NCBI GenBank assembly: GCA_002633005.1
Contig: NMRA01000285.1
Coordinates: 159,230-223,229, forward strand
Source: Phoronis australis
Taxonomy: Eukaryota; Animalia; Phoronida
Reading direction: 5' to 3'
Length of the DNA stretch: 64,000 nucleotides
Shown: piece by piece, positions 39,167-63,416 of the stretch
Numbering within the stretch: the first letter of the stretch is position 1
Layout of the letters: every line of letters starts with the position of its first letter
The notes under the pieces: generated by a model
The model's database searches: none
What the model saw: only the letters and a program-made list of their open reading frames with translations
What the model was told of the DNA's origin: nothing
Position numbers and translations under genes: made by a program

Positions 39167-39416
39167 CATGCGCGCATCCAGTCTAAAATATAGGGGGGGG
39201 CTCGAATTTTTCAGTATGTGGATATTTTACTGAAAAAACGAGATGGGGACTAAAAAAATGGGATACTACATTCAGTCCTATGAATTGTGCATTCGTGCCG
39301 AAGTCCTCTGGATTTTTGTCTCGTTTGCTCGGACTTTTTGTTTCTCTGAGGCGGACCTTTTTGCCCACTTCGCCAAATGGGGGGGACTCATTTGAGCCCC
39401 CCCTGGGTGATCGCAT
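39167..39416. mobile_element. MITE with G/C-run TIRs
   Basis: catgcgcgcatccag...ggggggggctc pairs with gagccccccctgggtgatcgcatg; cacag present on both flanks. Confidence 0.5.
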
Positions 39417-42400
39417 GCACAGTTTGTGTCATTTTTATAAAACTTTGGATCACACAGCTACATTCTGTTGCTTTTTGTGTTAGGGTGTGGATTCAGATCT
39501 ATGGTATTACCCATCAAAGATATTTTAATACTCGGGAGATTTTTGAAAACTAATAATGAAAGCCGAGGACTGGCCATTAAGGTTCACGACTACTTTGAAT
39601 TATATAGTTATCACTTACTTTCAAGCTTTGATCTGAAAAGATTTTTAATTTTCAATAATTTCATGGTCTATAATGAACACTTTTGCACTGATCTTAGTCG
39701 ACAGAAAACAAACTGACGATCACGTGATGTTTTCTTGTGAATGAGACATCATAAATTCACATTACAGAATTGTGCATCCAATTTATCACATGGGAATAGA
39801 AATATTCAAAGATTATTGCGTACGTCACACAGAATGAAACTTCTTTCGTTGCTTTCTCTGAACAGCAGTCTGTTCATATTCTGATGCCGCAAAAAGCAGG
39901 AACAACTTGTCATTTATTTAAAAATTGAACTCGGCTAGTTACATCGGATTTACACTCCTTGTAAAAAGTAAATCAGTTTGAACATGCTATTTACCATTGT
40001 GGTGATAGATGTATGCTGTGTATATTGTTAAGAGGCGGACATTTCACGCTAATTCTACAGTGTAATTCAAATAATTTAGGACACAATATTGCAGAAAAGT
40101 GATTTATTTCATGAAAGATAAGTGGCGTAAAGTAAAATGGTTTTGTTATTCTTATTAAGCTGTATGCTGTTCTGTCAGTTGATGTTTTGAGAAAATGTGA
40201 GTTAACCACGTTAGAAGCCTTGTAGTAATGGAGAAATGTCAAATGTCTGTGTTACATTCCACATCATTTGCTAAATTAAGGAACTTCATTTTCTATAAAT
40301 TGGTTTGTCTTATCGAGTGTAAAAACCTCTTAGTGTTTTTTTGTCAATAAATGTTTTAACACATTTTTGTAGCAGTCAGTCACAAATGTCCATATTTCAC
40401 AGGTGACAGAAAGCCTGGAACCATGTGCTTCAGTTTTTGTTCAGTGGCAGGTTTACACTAAATTCACTTATCTGATGCTTGTACGTTTTCTTGCCAGGTA
40501 ATAACTGTGTTGGGTTATTCTAAGTTCTAACTTACTTCTAATGCATTTCATTATGAGATTACATGATATATGCTGCAGGAACTGATGAATCTAATTTCTC
40601 ACTTTTGCTTGTTGAGCTTTCTATCCTGCTACCTCTGGGGTCTGTTAGTGGTTCTTGGTAGATAATGCTCTAGAAACATAAACAAAAATTAATGTTGGAG
40701 TAGACAAGGTGATACATGGAGTGACTCGATTTAATGCAGTTGTTATATCACTAAGAAAAGTCACGGACAGTCTGTATAATATTGAAAACTCAACATTTCT
40801 GATACATGATGTTATTCTCAGTGGCTCTACAACACTGTAATGTTATCCTGAATGTACATGTGCATATTTCTGTTCAACACAAAATGGAAATGGTGTTGGC
40901 TTTTTCTTGGTTGCCAACGTATGGCGATGATCTAGAGTTTAAGTATCCAGCTCTGCCACACCCATTTTGTGGAAGATAATCCTGAGCTGCGGGACTCTAG
41001 ACTTTTATTGTTTCAAGTGGTGTTTAGTTATTGATCGAAAGACATACTCTGCAGATTAAAATCTAAACAAGTCTGAAAGGATGCTGCTTTTTATAAGATG
41101 ATGGATTGTGAAAATGTTAGCTATAACTCATTATGTATTTGACAAATGCAGGTGCTCAGTCAGTTTATCTAGGGTGTATACTATGTCGCGTTACACATCG
41201 ACACATTTTGGAATTTGTAAATTACGTAGTGTTGAATTTCAGAAATATTTTTGGTAGATTACAACATGGGTTGCACCTACAACTCAAATTAATGACACCT
41301 ATAAGTATACAATGTTGAGGTCATGTACTGTCTTCTAAATGTTTTACATGTAAAACCTAGGAATTAAATTAAATTACGTGTTCGTTATAATCTAGCAACA
41401 CACCTTATCAACTATGGACTTCTAACGCCGATTTTCTTGGATCGTCAAATAACATCACTGTGGTGTAAGCTTGTGTGGAGTTTGAGATTAAAGCAAGACT
41501 GCGTGCAATTTCAAACAACCGACAATCTCCTACATCAGACTTGGGGTAACACAAGATCGAGAAAGTTTAATAGGCCAAAAATATCTCCTGACCACCTTTA
41601 ATAGTGCAATCTTGGAAAAGTAGAGGTAATAACTCTCCTCGTTTCGGATCTTGGGAGTTTTTCTTCAGACAAACACAGTCAAAACAAACCAAGACTCGAC
41701 ACATACTTGTCCCCAAGTTGTTAACCCATGGTGTGTAGGTGTAATCTCGCTTTAAACAGTTGAGCACAGCAGTACATAGTGCATTCATTCTGTTCAACTA
41801 AGGGAATGAACAGTGTGTTGTTGATTGTGCCATTCCAAGGCAATTGACCTATCGCAAGCTCCACCCCCTTGCGTAATGTCGACTAACAAACAATAAGTTT
41901 TACCCGGCAACGTGTTGTTTGTCGGGTAAAATGGCGGCTTGGAAACGAAGGTGTGTCAAGAATGGTGAGTTCTAAATGGTCAATTAAGCCGCCACTCAAA
42001 ATACTGGCGATGGGTCAGTTATAAACATTCTCGAATGTGAACACAGTCGATTGGTTTGATGGTGTATTGCTGTGATTTTCTTAGTAGTGTTTGGCTTTTG
42101 TTGTTGTATGTGTGTGTGTCAGAGTGCAGTGAACACTATAGTTAGGCTCTTCATACGATGTTTGTTGAATTTCGTCATATTACAAGAAATGTTGAAGTAT
42201 TTGATTGTTTATTGTGTATAAGAACTGTACTGCAACTTGCTCTGTTAAAACTTTACATAATGAGCTTTTTATATTCAGCAGAAGATTAATTGCATTTCAT
42301 GCTACTTAATGTTCATTCTTTGATATTTCAAATGGTATTGTCTCTGAACCCAACTTGGTTTGCACCTCTTGATTAGCAAGTAAAATTTAAATAAAAATAC

Positions 42401-42627
42401 ACCGAAGGATACTCTGCAGCGTGATTACCTACTTTTTGTTTGTTTCTGGTCCATGTGAGCAACACAGTTGTAGAACTTAATCAGTCGTTAGTAGTTATTT
42501 TTGTTTTACGCTTAGCAAGGATGTTACAGTAGTGCTCTGTTACATGAAGAGATCTCTCATTGTTTCAATCAAAACTACAAGTATGAGACAGACAGTGTTG
42601 ATCATTTTGTTAACACTTTTGTTTCAG

Positions 42628-42679
42628 GGAAAGTGGTGGAAAAAAGAAACAGTCCAATGCCAACCAATCAACTTGCTGA
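42628..42679 (+). CDS. DOCK7: Candidate distal last coding exon of DOCK gene (ESGGKKKQSNANQSTC*)
   Basis: ttttgtttcAG acceptor; phase 2 fits the 34364 and 37856 donors; AT-rich UTR-like sequence with AATAAA near 42759 follows. Confidence 0.5.
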
Positions 42680-42810
42680 TTTGTGGCACACGGATGAGGC
42701 TCCAACAAATGAGAACCTTGGTTTGCAGTCAATAGCCACAAGTTGGGTTTCATTGGTTAATAAACCAGTCGAGCTGTCAAAACTTTACTACTTGTAACTG
42801 TCTTTAAGTA

Positions 42811-42885
42811 CATGCACCTTTCTCTACCGTTGTCATGCACCTTTCTCTACCGTTGTCATGCACCTTTCTCTACCGTTGTCATGCA
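42811..42885. repeat. Short tandem repeat (~24 bp x3)
   Basis: catgcacctttctctaccgttgt repeated. Confidence 0.9.
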
Positions 42886-43779
42886 TTTTGAGAACCATTT
42901 TAGCTTATCAACATGCGTGATGCGAGTGGAATTTCTTTCTCTATAATTTAAAGTGGTCCAAATAATTTTCTTTTAATATTTTAAAACATTAGGATTTTTA
43001 CAGTCGGCCAACCATGAAGATAAGTTCTGTTTAGTTTTTTGTGCAACGTCTAAGATTTAATATGTGCCCATTTGTTTTTATATTCACTTTTCTGGTATTT
43101 TAATTTATTATCATAGTGCACTATGTATATTATTTTGGTTTTAAAAAACCAGTGCATTTACTCTCATTAGATAATTGTGTGTAACACGTCTAGCATTTAA
43201 TGAAGTTCAACCTGATGCTTAATACAAAGTATAAATTGAAGACTTGAAGTTTTCTTTCAATTGCGTAACAGGAAGTTCTACAAGGGAGATTATCCCTAAA
43301 TCTTCTAGTTCACTAGTTTCTTTTACACCAATCTCCAGCCAGTCAAAATAACAATTCAGTCTGTTGTTTCTCGAACCACCTCCAACCTCCTGTTCAGTAA
43401 CTCTAGGACCTCACTAAAAAGCAAGACTTCCTGAGATTACACGAGATATTACCTTTTTTTAAATGAGATCACATGACTTTGGCTAGATTTTAGCTAGGAC
43501 GTAGCATTACTGAACGCATGCCAGGTCCTTGTGCTTTCTTTGATTATTAATGTAATCTGCAGGATGTCAATGATTATAAAAGGACTCCTCCACGTCCAGG
43601 TACAACGTTGTTGCTGGTCCCATGGTTGGTTCTTCTGAGGCGGGTCTATTGGCGGTTGTTGTTCGTTGCTTCTTCAGTCATGTCAACATCATCAGATGGA
43701 TATCCAGCTTCCTAGCAAGTTTTGGCCTTGAATCTATAACTAGCTCCGCTGGTGGGCCCACAGTGATGGCCATTCACTA

Positions 43780-44760
43780 CATATCGAAATGCAACCTCCA
43801 AGCTGGTACCAATCTTCTATACTAAAGCTTACATACCGTAATGCTTTCTCTGCTTCCTCACGCAATCTACGAATATCTGTCTTTTCTTTCCATGACTACC
43901 GAGAGCCTGGAACATTCACAATACGTACTAAGCAGGAAAACCCCTACACCTACTACACCTAACTTCTACAGGAGAGTCATGTTCACCAGCCCTGGCCTCT
44001 ATAACATTCCATTAGCTCAGTAGACTTAGCTTTCTTCCTCTCGTATTCTTCTTCACAGTTCTCCTCCCATGGAATTCGTAGTCAGTTCAGTAACAATGGT
44101 GGACTTCAGGCTCGCCAACCACATCGCAATGTCTGGACGCAATGCTGTTAACACCCAACCTGGGAAAGGAAGTTTCTGCTGCAGGTCGGCTCTCATCTCT
44201 CAGTCACCGCCATTCAGTATAGAAGGATCTTGCGCACCACTGGGTTGGCACTTCTCACCTGTGTGGACAAAATGGACAGGTCTGGTTTGCCTTGGCTGCT
44301 CAGATCTCTTCTTTTCCTCTAGGTCTTAATACATCAGCTGCTGCCTGCCAACACATGTATTTCACCGATGCAGAGTACATCCTCCCAAATTTCAACAACT
44401 GAACTCTACTACGTCCATCGTTTGTACAAACCCACCTGTTGAACCTTCGCATCTTTTGAATAACGCAGGGTCATCACCAACCTAAATTCTTCAACCAGAA
44501 ATGACAATGGTAACTGGAGCTCTGAAGACTGGCTGAACAGCCCCACACGAGAAAAACTGGGTGGCCACTGTCGTAAAGCACTGCTAACTTTAGACTGTAA
44601 CAATTGGATTGTTGTTAAATACACTTCATACAGCATCCATCCCCATAGACTACGTGTGATAAGCCTATGTTGGTACATCCAGGCCTACAGATACTATTTA
44701 GTATAAAATTTTACAATGCCTGTACAGCTTGTCACCTCAAAAATGGGTAGCAGGGTTTCA
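43780..44760 (-). mobile_element. Degenerate HERO-like non-LTR retrotransposon (R2 superfamily, RLE endonuclease), 3' part
   Basis: Minus-strand peptides broken by stops and frameshifts: AWMYQH..LW..LYEV, LQLPLSFLVEEF, NTCVGRQ, MRADLQQKLPFP, LRPDIAMW, ELT-IPWEENCEEEYERKKAK, PVEV..CRGFPA, EEAEKA. These follow the PD...ELTVPWE...K..KY RLE pattern. Boundaries are approximate. Confidence 0.85.
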
Positions 44761-46113
44761 TTGATGGTATTCAGCAGTGGACTACAAAGGGCAAGTGCTC
44801 TAGCCAACTCTCATAATTATTTTGTCACAAACTGTAGCATTTCTCACACACCACAATTAAAACATTCATTTCCCACCTACCCAGTGTTTTGCGAGGACAG
44901 GCCACTCTCAAAACAAGCCAATAAGTTATTGAATCCCATTTATTTCTCAGTGATATATACTGGAGTGACTGTCAGCAGTGCACTTAAGTCTCATAGGAAA
45001 AAAAGAAGATAGTTCAATTAAACAATCACAGAAAAGAAAGTTAAGATATGTATTCATAAAATATACAGCGTGCATAATAATCAGCACAAATAATTACATC
45101 CACTAGGTATTTTTCAAAAATACGATCTAAAACTCAAAATTTTGCTGTTGATTTTGGAATATGGTCAATGTATATTGAAAAGCAGATCAACATATCCAGC
45201 ACTGGAATTTAAGTCTGACAGATTGTCACATAACCACCATAGTATTTGAAGTCAACCCTGAAAAAGTCCAGTCAATAAAATAATGTAATATTGACAATTC
45301 ATACATTTATTTTTATATAGAATACACGGCTAATGGTAACAAAATGCTTTCTTTCAGGTATCAATTGACAAACCAAGAATTATTTTGTCTACCACCTGAA
45401 GTCACCAGTTTCTAATGAATTTTGGCGAAATGGATCATTTATCACAACCCGTTGTGCACGACATTAAATGTTACGCGTTGCCATGATACGGAAAGCAAAA
45501 TTAAATAAAAAATTGAACCGAGGTCTCGTGTTCTGTGCCAGAACTATAAGCGCATATCAAGTCTCAAAATACACCATAACATGGGTTTACTTTAGAATAC
45601 CTCTGTACATTAAGTTTGAAAATAATGCAAATAAATTTTAACATGAAATGTGACTATTTTATGAAAGTCAACGCATTTAGTATTTATTTGATAAATTAAG
45701 CCAACTGACCTCACAATATCTTGCAGCCTAGAAAATAAATTACTAAAAGAGGTTTTGAATAAGGAATAAATCGTAACTTCTGTATTTCTTCATTCTGCAA
45801 GTAGTGGAAATTTTACATTTGAAACAACAATTGACAGCTTGCGCTTAAAATGCAAATAATTTGGGGGTCGGCAGTTTTTATACTAAACACTCGAGTATTA
45901 AAACATTTAAAGATCATAGTCTGATCACTGAATGTACCACGGAAAAATCACAAAAAAACGTTACAGCATCATATTCTTATGTGCACTCGACCATAACAAC
46001 AATGTCATGAATTTTATAGAGCTAGACATATGTTTGACAAGATTCACATAAGGAGCATCACAATTTCAGTACATTCTAAATGACGACCTATTCGCCATGT
46101 GACCATCTAAGTG

Positions 46114-57781
<11,668 letters not shown>

Positions 57782-57834
57782 TTGAGTCAGTAACCAGTCA
57801 AAAATATACAAAATTAATAAGAAAATTAAAGGTA

Positions 57835-57880
57835 AGAGTTTGCTTTCCGCAAAATGGCAACCGGATGTGACGACAGGGAG
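57835..57880. promoter_or_regulatory. SMAP proximal promoter / TSS region
   Basis: YY1-like AAAATGGC, ETS-like CCGGATGT and TGACG half-site, 70-90 bp upstream of the SMAP ATG. Confidence 0.45.
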
Positions 57881-58579
57881 GCAAAGGACTACTTTCTCTA
57901 ATAAAAATAGTTCTTCAATATCTGGTACCAAGTATTTCTATATAACTGCAAATCATATGACGTATTGCTCAAATGTGTATATAATGTATTTTATCTTTTA
58001 ATTTTGCTTCAACAGTTGGTATTTATAAAAAACAGGGACTTTTTACGGAGAAATATGTGATAAGGTCAAGGTCAATGTGTGCGAAGTGATGAGTGATGTT
58101 GTGGTCAATCTCTCAACATTGGGGTCAAGATGTTTTATGACTGAATAACCCTGATCATCTTACCCCGTTTGTACTATACGAAACAACTTTCTCTAGGTAC
58201 GGGTAAACATTATGTCAATGCACAGAGAAAGGAAGAGGTGCAGTGAATTTGTAAAAACAAGGGCGTAAACTACAACACCACAGGGAATTTCCTGTAAATT
58301 CTACCTACTGGTTATCGTGTGCAGTTAAGTACAGTTATTATCCCTCTATTTCGAACAAAATTAATTAAGTATATTTTCATGATAGTCAGATTGTGCCAAG
58401 TCAACTGAATATACAGACCTCGTAATTGATGGGTGTATGAGTAATCAAGCATCGCCAACTGTCCATGTGGGGGTGTTGTCCTGCTAGTACTACTAGTAGA
58501 CAGTGACCATCGTCTGGCATATCTAGGCCTACTAGCTGACACCTCAGAGTTCTCAGACGGTGAAGCTCTTGTATGAGCT

Positions 58580-58790
58580 TCATACGCCGCAAGCTTTTCA
58601 GTATGCCTCACACCGATTAAAACATCAAATTCAATAAGTACATTTTGCGCATAGATGGACACCTTAGGAGGTCGTCGATGTTTCTACCAAACCATCAAAC
58701 TTTTTCTTTCAGCACAGTCCTTCATTCAGTTGCCCAAATCGGCAACTGGCTATTTTTACGGAGTGCGCACTCCTGGTGGGCGTGGTAAAA
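58580..58790 (+). mobile_element. Further copy of the SMAP-intron-1 foldback family
   Basis: ttttgcgcatagatggacaccttaggaggtcgtcgatg matches about 56526-56562. Confidence 0.55.
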
Positions 58791-60619
58791 ATAGGTCATG
58801 CATGGTAAGATAGGTGGCACGTGCGTTTCTAGTGATGTTAGATCCAATGAACTCTGCGCTATATGCATAGCCACTAGAATACATTTAAAATTCTTCGGAT
58901 AGAGGCCAACGGATTTCCATTGGGAATATAATGATGCAGTCACTTCTTATTCTTAACACACCTATAATGGATAGGATCACAGAGAACTGTAACTTCCTGC
59001 ACTAAACGTTCTGGTAACTCGTTTTGGCGGTGCTAGAGGATTTTTGCTAGTCTGAGATTGTAATTTGACGTACTGGGTTGTTGCCAGCCAACACCTTGCT
59101 TGCAGACATGAAAGACTTCTTGTGTGCCTAGCCAATTCCATGCTTGTGGGCATGAAAAAAATATTGGCGTGGCGAAGCATGGCTGGTACCGGTATTTAAA
59201 GTCAAGCAAAGTATGTATTTAACTACTCAGCCACATCTGATGTCACCATCACTGAATCTATTGCAGTCACAACAATTTAAAAAGCTGCTGCCTAATGAGG
59301 TCACTGTGCTCAAGCAATGCAAATTTTCTGGAGAGCCACTTAAATTTTATTTGAAAGAGCCCCGTAGAGGCTCAAGTGAAACCAGTGCACGCACTGGCAG
59401 TCTACCATTGAAACCTAAATGCACGTCAGAATTAAGTCATGATGGCGGTGCCCAACATTTGGATTTCCCAAAATATCTTTGTTACAGTCAAAACATCACT
59501 CGCTTTTTGTGTCTGAAATCACGATTATGCTTTTCACTCACCAAAAGCACATGTTGCCCTGTCTTTTTCAACAGGTGTAATTTTCTAAAAAGCTCCCAGT
59601 TTACCTGGCTCTGAGGAGTAAATTGCCATTCTCTGTGCTAGCTTTGCTTGCCTAGTTCAGACAGCAAGCATTGTTTACTATTGTATCCCAAATGAGACTA
59701 ATTATTGCTCAGACTATAAATCAATGAGTTGGAGGACCACCTAATGATTTATTGCCATTAAGTGCAAGTCAACAATCTCATGACATAATGGTAACACTTA
59801 TAAATTCGGTTCTTAAATATGCATGTTTGTTGCATCACTCTACAGCAATCTCATCAAGCCAATAAACTTGAAAAATAATGTAAAGACAAAGTTATGCTGA
59901 CCCACTTTATTCCTCACATCGACATCAAGCATTGTTTGATTTGAACTGCGATGGCAACTGTCATCATCTACCTACAAAACATTTACCCCTTTGGCGTCTC
60001 AGCACATGCTGATACACCATCAGCAAAAATATCTTGCAATGCCCAGTATGTTTCATATAGAAATAATGCCAAAGTCCTCTGACTTTATCCAAGTCATGGT
60101 GGAAATTGTACTTTAGGAAATCGTAAGAAAATCAACTGGTATTGCTTACTTTAGCTGCGAATTTTCAACTGCGCTTTGGTAATTTTTAATGAGATTTCAG
60201 GTAGACACTGTCAATTTTTATGAAACTATGTTGTAACGTTTCATGGGCGTCAACAACGCAAACCAGACCCACTCATTGAAAAGCCCATATTTGTCACCAA
60301 TAAGACTCTTCATAACGCAGCCTGGCCGATATTTCAAGTGAGATAGCGCAGTTTTGAAAAGATTCCGTCTCTTGCCGAGAACGGTTTTTGAGCATCGGCA
60401 ATGCAAGCCAAATATTTCATATTGAGAAAGCACATCTTTGAAAAGAAGAACCAACACTTGTTGGGAACGGTCTTATTGGGTTTATACGGTTTCTTATTGG
60501 GAAAGCCAGATTTTCAAAAATTAAACGCTCAGACCATTTGAGTCTCATTTACCTGCAATTATACTGCTATCAAATGACCGAGCCAGCATTGTTGATACTA
60601 CGACCGCTCATCAAAATAA

Positions 60620-60776
60620 TGTACACCCACGAAATTCGGACACTAGCGGAAACCCAAATTTGGAGGTCCGCCAAATTCGGACACCACAAAATGATATTTC
60701 GCGAGATTCGTCCAAGAATGAATTTTTTCTATTTGAATTAATTTTCAGTGTCCGAAAATCACGCGACTTTACCGTA
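60620..60776. mobile_element. Small Tc1/mariner-type MITE remnant
   Basis: aaattcggacact ... agtgtccgaaaat...tttaccgta inverted ends. Confidence 0.4.
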
Positions 60777-60864
60777 GTTTTCTCCTTCAGTATTTTACCT
60801 TGTCCCCGTTTTGTTTATATCATTCCATAATTATTGTTTATTTTCCAGATTAGTCCGTTGACTG

Positions 60865-61893
60865 ATGATCATGAATGATTTTGAATTGGACCAATTCACG
60901 GATGTACCATCAGAATTTTCTGATGTTGTTGGTGAGCACTTCACTGACGAAGAGTTCTTTGGTACTACTATTGATGCTCTTCTTGGTGTTCCTGTTGTGT
61001 GGGACTTTACAAGTGCTTTTACCAATGGAAAAACGTATGTGCACCCTCTAAGCTGGAGTTTTCAAAAGCTTACTCCACAAGCCTCGAAAACAAAATGGCA
61101 TTTTATCAAGCAGCTGAAGAATATGTGTTGTCTCAAGTCAGATGTTAAGTGGAATTTTAAGAAGCAATTGCCGGATACAAGCACAGTAAACTGGAATTTC
61201 ATCAAACAGTTGAAACCACAGTCTGGAATCAACTGGTCATTTGTTAAACAGCTGGTTGAGGCCAGTTCAATTAATTGGGGGTTCACAAAGCATCTCCCTC
61301 ACCAGCCTCCACTCAATTGGGCTGTGTTTGTGAGGCAAACACCACAGGTCAGCACGGTGAACTGGAACTTCTCTAATAGACTGTCTACTATTTCCCCCTT
61401 GCGTTGGGCATTTTCTCAACAAGTACCTCAATCAAGTTCAATTAATTGGGCCTTTCAGCGTCAGACAGAATTGGACCGACATGTACGTTGGACTTTCACC
61501 AGTCAGCTGGAGTCGGACCGATTCGTCAATTGGTCATTTTCTAAGCAGACACCTGAAAGCAGTTCCATGAAGTGGCAGTTCAGCAAACAACTTCGTGCAG
61601 GAGGAGGTCTGGTTTGGGGATTTCAGCATCAGTTAGTTGAGCGAGAGCGCGTCCCATGGAATTTTGTGAGCATGACGAAAACTTTTGCTGGCTTCTCATG
61701 GAATTTCACTCATAATCTTGACTACAGCTCAAGGTTTAACTGGAATTTTCCCTCTATGTCTAAGAACATTGTTCCTCTTAGGTGGAATTTTCCATATCTG
61801 TCAAATTACCAGTTCATGGATCAGGAAATGGCCTTGAAAGACAACCAAAATTTCAAGGAGAATTACTCTAGAAATTATGACAACCCCCGCTAA
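60865..61893 (+). CDS. Uncharacterised 342-aa protein with acidic N-terminus and 19 tandem 14-aa W-x-F repeats; single coding exon
   Basis: Longest ORF in the window with strict W periodicity but diverged DNA repeats. Preceded by acceptor ttttccAG (60848) and an in-frame TGA at 60859, so the ATG at 60865 or 60871 is the start. ATTAAA lies at the stop. Confidence 0.8.
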   Translation: MIMNDFELDQFTDVPSEFSDVVGEHFTDEEFFGTTIDALLGVPVVWDFTSAFTNGKTYVHPLSWSFQKLTPQASKTKWHFIKQLKNMCCLKSDVKWNFKKQLPDTSTVNWNFIKQLKPQSGINWSFVKQLVEASSINWGFTKHLPHQPPLNWAVFVRQTPQVSTVNWNFSNRLSTISPLRWAFSQQVPQSSSINWAFQRQTELDRHVRWTFTSQLESDRFVNWSFSKQTPESSSMKWQFSKQLRAGGGLVWGFQHQLVERERVPWNFVSMTKTFAGFSWNFTHNLDYSSRFNWNFPSMSKNIVPLRWNFPYLSNYQFMDQEMALKDNQNFKENYSRNYDNPR

Positions 61894-62291
61894 TTAAAAG
61901 CCGAGAAAGCAGTTTGTTTGTGAATGGCTTGACAAGGTTTTGTATAGGGTTAGTGAAAGCTAACAACCACACCAATTGCATGTTACATGTGGTATTTTTA
62001 TTTTCAGCCTGTGACGAGTTTTGTGCATTTTTTAACTCACATGAAATCAGAAACAATGACTAACTTGTAGTCCGGCGTGAGAATGCAGTGAGCTTAAAGC
62101 CAGAATTCTGGTAATTTTGCATATTCATTGATAGGTAATTGGACATGTTTATCTCAAGTTTAAATGAGACTTTATCTTGGAATGTTATTTTTGACAACCT
62201 ATATGTTTTGGAGTTTAAAGTGTATTGTTTCTTGATATAGAATTTACATTTGGAGTTTATTATTGAGGTAAACTTTTGCTGTATTCTTGCC

Positions 62292-63012
62292 TCTTTATGC
62301 GCCCACAACTATTTATACGTGGATGCATTATGCTGTCGTTGCCGTCCGTCCAACCTCCACTGCTCCGACGAATTCTGTGCCCCTAGTGGCAATTTCATTT
62401 TTTCTCGTTTCCTCAGTTTCTCAGACGTTCTTTTGCGGATTTTTATGAAATTTAAGAAATATCTTTTTATCAAAAACGATGACATGTTCCCATTTGCGGA
62501 TGAATTCAATATATTTTGCGCCATCTTTTGGCCATTTTTATTGTTTTCTAGTCTTGTTTTTTATCCGACACTCTATCAACCAAACCACAATGAGGATGAT
62601 TGTGAAAACTGGTATATAATTATGTTCTTAGTGTAAAGAGGATGGTTGACTATGATTTTCCGACGACTTAGACTGCTGTGTCGCTTCCTAGTGGCAGTTT
62701 TTTTTTTGCCCTCATTGCTGTATCTCCTAAACCTACTATAGGATCTTTAATTAGCAAGTTCAGTGTATTTGTAAGAAGTTGAAAATGGACGAGGACGACT
62801 TTCAGACAAATGTGGCAAGGGCTGTGCCCCTAGTGGCAATTTCATAGTTTTCCCTTGTTTCTCTGAAATTATGGCATATTCCCATTTTTGGATGGATGAG
62901 ATGTATTTTGCACCATCTAGTGGACATTTTAATGATTCAAATGTACAGCCCTAGAAGCACAACGTTTGCGATGCATTTATGTGTGTATTTCAACGTGTTG
63001 CTCTCATTTCAG
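62292..63012 (+). mobile_element. Third copy of the Helentron/HINE-like family
   Basis: tttatgcgcccac...gtggatgcat hairpin, ccgtccgtcc microsatellite, cctagtggc repeats, and a 3' tail matching 32570-32650. Confidence 0.7.
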
Positions 63013-63416
63013 AATCCATTCACTAGAAAAGTTCTGAATGCTGAAATTGTCAGTTTGCACATGGAGCCCGAAGTTATTTGAGTTTAGTTAGGGGTGCTTA
63101 TATCCAGTTGTTAGAAATCTCCAGTATTTATTTATCAATTTTTGTAACTTTCTGTCCTTTGGGGCAACAATGATATTTACATATAACCTTTTCAATGCAA
63201 TTTATAAATTTTAGATCTGTTCTATTATATGCATTTTACAAATACAGTATACTGCTTCTACTACTGCTACTGCAGTTATTACTACCTCAACTGGTCACAA
63301 AACATTTTAATGTGCCACTGATGGGGCATGACACAGTGACTAAAAATGAACCCTGCACTGTTCCGGAAAGTCGTGCAAGTAAACTAGCCTAATGGGTGTC
63401 ATTACTTCTTATTTGG

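Noticed and set aside
40803-40856. Possible C/D-box snoRNA (ATGATGT...CTGA with short terminal stem)
   Set aside because: Imperfect C box, too short, and no recognisable guide sequence
43560-44700. Plus-strand ORFs suggesting a separate gene
   Set aside because: They are the antisense of the decayed retrotransposon
57782-57931. N-terminal extension of SMAP suggested by the ORF track (57593-57931)
   Set aside because: Family similarity begins at MSTRLQRDK; the upstream part overlaps promoter motifs
60849-60864. W-repeat ORF as the last exon of a longer protein, or TGA read as selenocysteine
   Set aside because: An in-frame TGA follows both available acceptors, no upstream coding exons are evident, and no SECIS was recognised
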